64,000 bases of DNA, taken from the NCBI RefSeq assembly GCF_964355755.1, contig NC_092680.1, forward strand, positions 6,882,001-6,946,000. The letters run 5' to 3'. This DNA is from Antedon mediterranea (lineage: Eukaryota; Animalia; Echinodermata). The notes under the pieces were generated by a model. The model was not told the DNA's origin. It did no database searches and worked only from the letters and a program-made list of their open reading frames with translations. Each line of letters begins with the position of its first letter. Within the stretch, counting starts at the first letter, position 1. Shown piece after piece: positions 54,333 through 64,000 of this stretch. Made by a program: the position numbers and the translations under genes.

Positions 54333-55854
54333 TTAAGAAATGCTTTGGAGAAAGTTGAAAAGGTGAAAGAAAATGTAATATGTGGTCAATTCATTTTTAC
54401 ATCCCAGAAAAATGAATCAGTAAATGGGTCAATTTGTACATTTCTATTTAGCATTTCTTTGTATGTTAATTCACTAGTGTAAGATTAGATCAATGGTTTA
54501 CAGAAATCTGTCAACAGAGAATCATTTTTAATCTGTTGTCACATTATGAAATTCACTGAAAAGAATATCTGCTTATTGTTCATAATTGATGTTTCCATTT
54601 TTATTTGATATTACTGTGAGCTAGAAAATGTAGAGGGTATTAAAAACTATATGGCAATGGTCTTGCCGATCCTAGGTCTGTGTCCTACTTTTAAATGCCC
54701 TTGGGCAATACAACTCTTTTTTTTTTTCTGTTTTGTGCCGAGGTTATATATAATATTGTTCACTCTTATAGTTCTGATGATTTTCCATTTGATAAACTGT
54801 ACTGTGCTTTTCATTTTTTCATGTTCTCAGCAGGTGCTCAACACACATGATATAACATGTGTTACTTTACTGATGATAATGTTATTTCAATTATTTTATA
54901 TCCGGTGATTAAAGTACAATCTTAATAGCAGTGGTAGGCATACTTTTAACTTAATAACATTATATCACAAATACAGTTTAACCATTTGATAAGGAATGAA
55001 ACAGATATTGATTGATCTTATGTAAACTATTGCGAATAATAACATGTGAATTGTTCAAGATAAAATAAAAATGGATTAACAATTACATTTCATACGCTAA
55101 AAAGTCAACTTGTTGTGCAAGGTCTATAAATGATGAAGCAGCTTTTTGAATGGCTTAGCTTCCTGGCCTATCATTTGTCAATTATTTACATACTATATAG
55201 GTGTGTTATAAAACAAATAATGAATGGAGAGACATGGAAAGAATATTTCATTTTAGGAAAAATTGACTGCTTAATTTTTATTTGAAACATTCTCACAATC
55301 GAACGCGACATAAACATTCATTATTTATAATTTTGTGTCATTTTATAATGAGAAGTTTTCAACACAAAAAGTCGCTTCTTATTATTTATCAATATCATAA
55401 AATCACAATATAGAAACTGATAAATTGTAATTAAATGAATATCACTTTCATTATTTTGAAAATATTGAATGTTTTATGATCCAAAAAAATATCTTTAATC
55501 TGTATAAAGGTCAGTGACCAGAATACAATACAGATGGGTTAGGATATCAAATGTTACACTTTAGACATTTTTAATTAAATTACTTTGTTTCGCAAACATC
55601 TTTTTCATACAAAATTATTTACATTTGAGCGTCAGTATTTTTAAGTGACAGTGAATCAATATTTGTCACAGAAAATGTAATATTCTGCACGCCGTTTCTT
55701 CAGTAGTCATCACAAAATTGACTTAATTACCAAAAATATCGCAATAGATCTTTGTATATTCGTTCAATGTTTACTATCAGAGCTCAAATTCAAGTTTCAA
55801 TAACGGTACGAAAAGAAATGAGGTAATATGTGGGGATGGCCCCATGAGAGGTGA

Positions 55855-55950
55855 CTGTCCCATTCATAATGGGGGTGACCTACTGTAAAATTCTTTTCTC
55901 AGTAATTGTCCCCACTTCGTAGGGAAAGGGCTAATGTTGGTTTATCCAGG
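55855..55950. repeat. Unclassified interspersed repeat (second copy at 63920-64000)
   Basis: attgtccccacttYgtaRggaaagRgctaatgt present in both places. Confidence 0.6.
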
Positions 55951-56947
55951 TAAGCTGCACTTATAGTCTACCAATACCATTTCTGGTTTGTGTAATTTGC
56001 TGAAAAAAGTGTGCTTGCCATACTTGTTGATACTTGGGTTGCTCATTTTTCAAGTTAAAAGAAAATTTCCATCCTGGAGAACTATAGTGGAATTTTAATT
56101 TATAAGTTGTGCTGTGTTTATTCATTGGTAAACAGAAGAATTGTTATTGTTTCATTTTTATACTTTGATTGAATCAAAGAGATCAAATAACCATATTTAA
56201 AACATGTATTTTTTAATTTATTTTTATTTTTCAATACTTCCCTGTTGCATTATCATTGTACTATTTTTTATTGTTATAAATAAACAAAAATAAACTCTTT
56301 AACATTATGGTTTGCCGTCACAAATTCTCCAGATCCTCTTTTTGAGAATTTATGATTTAAAATTGCATTATATTTTTTTTTCAAAACATGTAGGCACTTA
56401 TGCTACACTAATGTGCATAAGATCTTTCAGTTTAGTGAAATTGGATTGCACGATGAAAAATATGTAATTGCTGGTTATGGAATTGAAATGTATTATTATT
56501 CGTGATTAAGTTCCATAATGCTTCACTACAAATACTGTATGTAAACTAGTTGACTACTGTGTACGTTTAAAATCTATAATAGTATACATACACAATAATC
56601 CTGGAAATTGATTTGATATCAAGTTAACAGAATAAATAAATGTCTTTGTATCCTTAAGAAATTTATAGGTATCAATTTTAGGATCAATACATTATGAATA
56701 ACATACAAAATTTCGTATGACTAGTAAAATAACAAACATGCATTATACCTATAATTTCAATAATAAGAGGAAGTACAATAACAATATTATATATTTATCA
56801 ATATATTTCATCTACATTAAGGCATAAAATACCATATTTTCCTGTTTTTACAATACGCCATATGCATGCATACTGGCACTCACAGAATTTTAAAATACTA
56901 TAACCTAGAAATACCACTGTCTGTTTAAAATAGTTATCAAAAAAGTA

Positions 56948-57356
56948 CAGTGAAACCCTTATAAGAGGACCATTTTGGACTGTGTATGTATCCACTGAAT
57001 AGGGGTTGGTCTGTTACAGCGTATATTTCTTCTAATTTGTTTCAGGAAAAAGTGTTATCATTATAGTTGTTTCCAAGTTAATAATAGTTTCCCCTGAATA
57101 GGGGTGTCCCTTGAATAGGAGTACCTCATTTATAGGGATTTCCCCTAAATAGGGATGTCCCCTGAATAGGGGTGCCTCCTGAATCAGGTTGTCTAGTAGT
57201 TTCCCCTCAATAGGGGTGTCCCTTGAATAGGAGTACCTCCTATAGGGATGTCCCCTAAATAGGGATGTCCCCTAAATAGGGATGTCCCCTGAATCGGAGT
57301 GTCTCCTGAATAGAGGTGTCCCTTAAATAGGGATGTCCCAAAGAAGGGATTCTACT
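56948..57356. mobile_element. Tc1/pogo-type MITE with internal ~17-bp repeat array (TGTCCCCTGAATAGGGG)
   Basis: TA-CAGTGAAACCCTT ... AAGGGATTCTACT; related fragments at 20587-20665, 21160-21224 and ~29830. Confidence 0.7.
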
Positions 57357-57660
57357 AACAGAAAACAGAAATAAGGAAGACAAAAAAAACATTTTACAAA
57401 TCTTAACAATATTACCATGTGTTCATGTTACTTTAATTTCAACTGCTCATGCATTGATGCATAAACTAATAATGGTTATTAAAGCTTGATGAAATTGACA
57501 TGAATGGACTGAATACCTGTGTTACAAGATGTATGCTTTGCATTGATATAAATAACTACTTGTTGGAATCAAGAGTTTGTTAAAGAATTTTGAGATCTCC
57601 TGACATAAAAATGAATCTCTAATATCAATCAGTACGAATATAAATTAGAATACAGTTTTA

Positions 57661-58065
57661 TTTTTTTATTTAAGATGTTTAAAAGACCGCCAATCAGGCA
57701 AATTCTTCTTCAAATGCATGTACATTATAATAATGTTTGATCAAAGAGATCTTGTTTTGATTTTAATTTCTATTTTTACTGAAATGAATATACCAAGTGG
57801 CATAATGTAGTTCAGCAATTGCTCGTTATTAACAAAAACAAAACTTGCAAGCTGACAGCCATTTTTTTTTATTTAAGATGTTTAAAAGACCACCAATCAG
57901 GCAAGTTCTCTTTCAAGTGCATGAACATCGTAATAATGTTTGATCAAAGTGATCTTGTTATGATTTTAAAATCTATTTTTACTGAAATGAATATACCAAG
58001 TGGCATAATGCAGTTCAGCAATTGCTCGTTATTAACAAAAACAAAACTTGCAAGCTCACAGCCAT
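57661..58065. repeat. Diverged ~203-bp tandem duplication ending in poly-A on the minus strand
   Basis: taagatgtttaaaagacc at 57671 and 57874; several substitutions between copies. Confidence 0.88.
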
Positions 58066-59824
58066 TAGTATCGTTTGCCTAATGGATGCCGAAGCTCTAA
58101 ATAATTGAAGGAAATTCTAAAACCTGCTAATTATATGATAGTAGGACTATATGATGGGGATTATAATACAGTACAGGTGCTTATGACGTTTATTAATTGA
58201 ACTAGTTATCGATAGTAAAAGAACAAGTACTACGTAAACAAGTTCAAACCAATAAAAGCAAGTTATAGTCACAAATTAACTACTTAAAGGTACGCTAGTT
58301 TTTGTATTTTAAATGAAAATAAAACAAAGCAATATATTTATAAAATGCATTTCATTGGTTAGAAGTACATCCTATATTAATTATACATCCTTATTAAACA
58401 CTTGGTTACGTTTTTCCCCGAAACCAAACTTTCTGACAGTTTTCACTAAACAGAATTTGAATAAGCTCTAAATTCATATACTTAGAGATTTAATGGATTA
58501 ATTTTATCTATAAGCATTAGCCTTTCATTCCATCATCAACGCCTAAACAAGTGGGATTAAGGGCTGATTTGTCGCTATCTCCCAGTAGAAATCATATGGT
58601 CTTTTAAAAGTACGATAGTAGCTTCAAACAGATTGGCAGGTGGTTTTTTCTGTAGCACATTGAATGAAGAAACTTTTCGTTTTCTATGAATTTTAAATCA
58701 TGTTCTGGTATCATGCGCATTCTCAAAAGATTTGGTATATTTTTCGTGTCCAGTTAATATATATTTTAAAAAAATACTATTTAAAATCTTCTGACTATCA
58801 GACATTTTGGAAAAACTCAGGGACAGATCCATTAGTGTAGTGGTAGCTAGCAGGGCGTGCTCCTCATTTTGACAGCTAAAATTAAATTAAGAACTACTTT
58901 TTAGTATCTATTTATCTATTACCATTATATTTTAGCGCTCCTGGTTCAAGCACTGCACATGAAGACTTGGTGTTCAGTATTGGAAAAGTTGTATTACTGA
59001 ATTTGAAATTGAACCTGCCAAGAAAGAACACAGTACACGTGAAATTTGTCACATAAACTGGTGATTTTGAATGTTTGTAATAATAAAAAATAAAATAAAT
59101 AGTAATAAATAAATCTCAATGCATTCCAATAACAGTTTTTTTGCAAGATATTCACAATTTCCTGATCACTTTTGGTATTGGTAAATAAGTTTTGAATGAG
59201 TGTGCTTATTTCTAGCATGTGAGCTAACGTCCACATTGATTAATAGCTGATTGGATAATTGATTAACTGTCAGTCAGGTGAGATAAAACCTTATTGAGTT
59301 TCTCTCTCTACTGAAAAAAACCCAAAATAACAGTTCTTTGTGAAACCTGTTCCGATAGTTATTTATAAGTAAAGATTGCATTTCAGTGTAATTAGTTCCC
59401 TTGGGTAGTGGTTGTTAAAATGACGTCATTGTTATACCCACAACACATTTTTTTAGGCGGAAATGCAACTATATTGTGAAGTCTTGCAATCCTTGCAAAT
59501 TACATTCTAATACTAAATGTGTTCTTGTGAACCCATGTTTGCTGGCAATAAACTGCCTTATCAAAAGTTTTCAGTGTGAAACCAAATCAAAATTAACATT
59601 GAAAATTCAACCGCATTGACATTTAATTTATAGTCATTCTTGTGAAATAACTATACATTAAACTAACAGCACATTTTGAAACACTGTATACATAGTATCA
59701 AGTTTTAATGTTAGTGGAAATATTAAACAAGTTTTGTGTACAACAGGGATTGACTTGTTCGCATTCAGACTTCAATCACTCCTACAAAGATATCCTTAGG
59801 TGTACCATAAAACTATTATATAAA

Positions 59825-60810
59825 TAGATCCTTGTCATTTGATTGGAGGATTATGGGTCATGTGATATTCAATAAATACTCCATTGAACTCATATGACAT
59901 TAAGACTGCATTGCCTTTATACCGGTATACGCAAGTGCAAACATTGTGTTCATTCATGCTCATTCATTCTTTATTACCGTATATTTCGGTGTATAAGTCG
60001 CACTTTTGACACGCAAATTTGACCTCTAAATTAAGGGTGCGTCTTATACACCGAACATAAATGCCTCACCACACAGATTGTACATAGGCCTAGGCTATCG
60101 TCACCTCGTTTGCTAGGCCTGAGTAGGCTAGGCCTAGCTAAAGTAACTAACTAACGTAACGGCAACCTGCTTCTGCCTAGTTTTCAAGGCATTTTAGCAT
60201 GATGTTATACTAAAAATATGATGAAAAGATTTGTTCATTATGGCGATAAAATTTCATTTGTAAACGTTTACGTACGATGGAATAGTATTTATTTATACAG
60301 TAGTTATACGCACGATCGCCGTACTCCTAGCGCAAGCCCTTCTTGGCGGCCACATGTACGGTATTCGACTAGTATATTCTCCAGGTGATTATAGCATGGA
60401 CCTAGCGTACACACTTCTCGGATACATAGATTCTAATCGAATACGATTGTCCGTGAAAACGTCCGCCCTCTCGAAATGATCGAGCGAGGCTAGCCCACAT
60501 ATACGTGTTACACACATGGTCATGCACTCGATATTGCGGCTGTTGAGGCTGGGCGCGGCCGAGCCTAGGTAAGAAAAAACCTAAATAAAGGACGCCGTTG
60601 CAGATATAACAAAATATATTATTACAATAATATTGATTACAATTTAAAAAAACATTGTTTTGATGAAATATAAGGTGCGTCTTATACACCGACGATATAA
60701 AAAATACCGATATTTTACTCTCAGTTAGGGGTGCGTCTTATACACAGGTGCGACTTATACACCGAAATATACGGTATATGCAATCCAGACCTTCAAATGA
60801 CAAGGATCTA
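59825..60810. mobile_element. Host inverted-repeat element interrupted by a pogo-type MITE
   Basis: 18-bp inverted repeat TAGATCCTTGTCATTTGA / TCAAATGACAAGGATCTA. Confidence 0.6.
59977..60774. mobile_element. Tc1/mariner (pogo/Tc2-type) MITE
   Basis: TA TSD; perfect 27-bp TIR CCGTATATTTCGGTGTATAAGTCGCAC; subterminal ggtgcgtcttatacac repeats. Confidence 0.92.
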
Positions 60811-60949
60811 GTTGTATATTCATGCAATAGAACAAATATTTTTATACAGTGAGAAATGTTCTATTTTTACCTTATTTGTACCATTGCACTCATAAACATT
60901 ATTTTCTGTATTCTACACTACGAAAAATGAAATTTTTTTACTGATCTTT

Positions 60950-61320
60950 ATCCACAACGTAATCCTTCTTCTGTTGGTACTCATTTTGATATTCGTCGCT
61001 ACAGAACTGAATCTTCTTTTCAATCATATATCCCACGTGTTACCAAAATTTGGAATAACTTACCCAGTGAAATCCGCAACTTAAATATTTCTGTTAGTTC
61101 TTTTAAAACCAAATTACTTAATTATCTCAATATTTATTTTTTAAATAATTTTGATATTGAAAATGTGTGTAGTTGGTCGCTTTCTTGTCGATGCTTTTAT
61201 TGTAGAACGTAATTTATTTATTTTTCTCTGTTCTGGGTTGACCAACTAGCATAGGTGTTTAGCACCTGTTTGGTCTTTCCGTGCCTCCTTTTATAATTGT
61301 TTTGTCTTATGTTTATGTTT
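60950..61320 (+). mobile_element. CR1/Jockey-group LINE 3' fragment
   Basis: RRYRTESSFQSYIPRVTKIWNNLPSEIRNLNISVSSFKTKLLNYL...CSWSLSCRCFYCRT* (stop 61210-61212), then a 3'UTR hairpin. Confidence 0.78.
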
Positions 61321-61422
61321 TTAAAGATACATTCAGAATTGTTAGGCTCTATTCAAATTATGTATTACTGGTAATGATATTACTAAAGACTCGCTATAAT
61401 TGCACAATGTTGTAGCATATAC

Positions 61423-61455
61423 CATAGAGATATATAGTGAACTATTATCTCTATG
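61423..61455. mobile_element. Putative P-element excision footprint
   Basis: CATATAC-[CATAGAGATATATAGT-GA-ACTATTATCTCTATG]-CATAGAC; 7-bp duplication with 1 mismatch. Confidence 0.65.
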
Positions 61456-61771
61456 CATAGACCTACAGAACTATATCTGTATTCATAACTATATACTTTA
61501 ATGTTTAAATCAATATTCTTGTATAATAACATTAATAATATTTTTAGATATCTTTTGTAAGATCTCTAAATTAAATTGCATATTTAGTAAAAGTGTGAAA
61601 TACAATTCATTTTAAATTTAGAATAAACAAAGACAACCTGTTGGCAATACAGGATGTCAAGAGACATTCAGGAAAACCTTGCAGATACTTCCTGTGCCGA
61701 ACCCTATTGCTTTACTTCTAATACCTTCCTGGTTTTGCGGACAGTACACATCAATTTAGTAGGCCTAGTAG

Positions 61772-61943
61772 CAGGCTCAATGAGCGCTCACTTGCTACAC
61801 CCAGGGGCCCAGAGCTTACAGGGGCACTGAGCAGCACCCAGAGGAAAAAACAGGGATTAAAAATGTTGAAAAATTCCTCCAGCGTTGAAGGGCCACCTTG
61901 GGTTCTTAAACCAGGGGCCTCAGTCCTATGTGTTAGGCCACTG
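61772..61943. mobile_element. hAT-type MITE
   Basis: 8-bp TSD CCTAGTAG on both sides; CAG...CTG ends; internal GGGGCCC motifs; TIR degenerate. Confidence 0.7.
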
Positions 61944-64000
61944 CCTAGTAGCCAACGGGCATGTCTTCTTTTATTGACTATGTCGGTCATATTTTTATAT
62001 AGCAGTTTCCTACCATCAATTTATCTTTTTTTTATTGGCTTGGATGGTCATCTTTTTTTATATAGCAGTTATCTACCAATTTTTAACAATGTATATTTTT
62101 CAAGGGGTGAAGGTTTGTCAAAAGAATCAAAACCAAAACAGGATGTTCACACTATTTCTATTTATGTTGTGGTATTATACTGTACATAAATATAGAAATG
62201 AAAAATAAGAAATATGGCTAAATAATTTACAGTGGATATGGATAGCCCAAGCTAAACAGCTACAGCTAAAATGAAAATATGAAACTACTTTTAGATATCA
62301 ATATTTGACGGACTGTTAATGTTACTGTAGCTCTCTTCCATTTAAACAATCCTGAATCCCCTAATGACTATAATGTGTGCTGTGCTATGAATATCATATA
62401 ATATATCATACCAATAATAATCAAATATAGAAAGCACACTGGCCCTATTTACACTGAGTCTGTAACTTAAATTATCCTCAAACTATAACATAAATAATAA
62501 TAAAATAAAAATATAATATTTTTAAGACAAAACTATTTAAAATTTGTATTCGCTTTGCAGATTTTCTAAGTTTGATACGCTTTCACATATTATTATTATT
62601 ATTATAGCATTATCGTTGATACCATGTTAGTCTGATAAAATGTATGGAATAAATTTCATTCTATTCAATAAATTATTCATGATTTTGTGATGTTAACTGA
62701 TCTATAAATAGAAATCACATTATTTATTAGCCTGAGGTAATTCTTAGAAAACATTATATTTTAATCATGTCCAACTTACACGAACAAAGAAATTGGATGA
62801 TCTGTTTTGAGGTCATTAAATAACAGAAAAATTATTCTATATCATGAATACAAGTGGAATATAACAGAACAAAGGCTACTATATAGATATAAAGTGCTGA
62901 AAGATATGCTGAAAAGTGCACATATTATTATGAATAACAATTTGTCTGCAGACAAATTATGATGATTATTAAATGATGCAAATGATGAGATGAGTTAATA
63001 CCAAATGAAATCTTTAGTTCCATACAGCTTGCTTTTAAATTTCTATTTAAGATTAATTTCTCAATTAAATAATACTATATTAAAAAACAGTTGTTTAAAC
63101 AGATATTCATTGTGTAAATGTTTAAATTGATAAATTACTGTCTGGCCTTATAAAAAAAGAAATAGATGTATGTACAGTAATAATAGGTTTACATATGTTG
63201 TGATAATACTGTAGAATAATATAAAGGTTTTATTTTGATTTTTCCCATCACTGTACCATCTTGTTGTACATGAACAAAATATTTATCATTATAGATTTCT
63301 TTTTTTTAATGAATGATCTATTCTGGTCATATATTTTAAATTGTTACATGTATAATAATATTTTTTTTTTATTCAACTGTCATTTATGATTATTGCTTAT
63401 TGTCTCTATTGTTTACATATATATTTACTTATTGTTATTGTTTTTATTGTAATTTTATTTATTTATTTATTTATTCCAATTTTTAATTGTTACATAGGAC
63501 ATCACATTTTAAAGCTTTGCTTATAGTGATGCCCGAATCAATCAATCAATATATAACTTTTGCTTATAACCATGTACATTTGTAGGTCGTTGCCAATATA
63601 CAGTAATCTTCCTAAACACTATCTGCTACTTTTAATACTTACAATTATTATGTTTTCATCTTTTCCATTTATTGTAAACCTCTAATTAAACTTTTCAGTA
63701 TTTTATTATTCAACTTCTGTTCCCAATAATAGTCAATATAAACAATTAATTTTTATTATTATCATTACTGTAAATAATCATTGTATATATTTTATAGTTA
63801 TATTGGTTTTTTTTTTTTTTGGTTTTTTTTTGTCTTTAAAAATCTACTGTAATATTATACCTTATTGTGGTTACCGTTATAACAAATGTACGTTTGATTG
63901 AATAAAGTTCACATATATATGTTCCCATTGTCAGGTGGGATGTTCCACTAATTTTTTTTCTTTTCTATTGTCCCCACTTTGTAAGGAAAGAGCTAATGTC

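Overview
Very AT-rich eukaryotic, animal-type non-coding DNA (a long intron or intergenic region). A marine invertebrate, possibly a deuterostome, is my inference from the Deu/Nin-domain SINE and the repeat repertoire. I found no intact protein-coding gene, rRNA, true tRNA or CRISPR. Nearly all listed ORFs are spurious or are 3' remnants of LINE ORF2. The window is dense in mobile DNA: PIF/Harbinger-type MITEs (TTA/TAA target-site duplications, TSDs), Kolobok-type MITEs (TTAA), pogo/Tc-type MITEs (TA; two nested inside other elements), hAT-type elements (one 8-bp TSD, one apparent 5-bp TSD), several tRNA-derived SINE families, 3' ends of L2/CR1/Rex1 LINEs, Penelope-like fragments carrying minimal hammerhead ribozymes, and tandem duplications and minisatellites. 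The most striking signal is four tiny (18-33 bp) CA...TG palindromes, each flanked by its own 7-bp direct repeat. They look like excision footprints of at least three P-element (THAP9-type) transposon families. Also notable are an intact minimal hammerhead ribozyme in a Penelope-like insert within a (TA)n tract and a perfect 65-bp palindrome.
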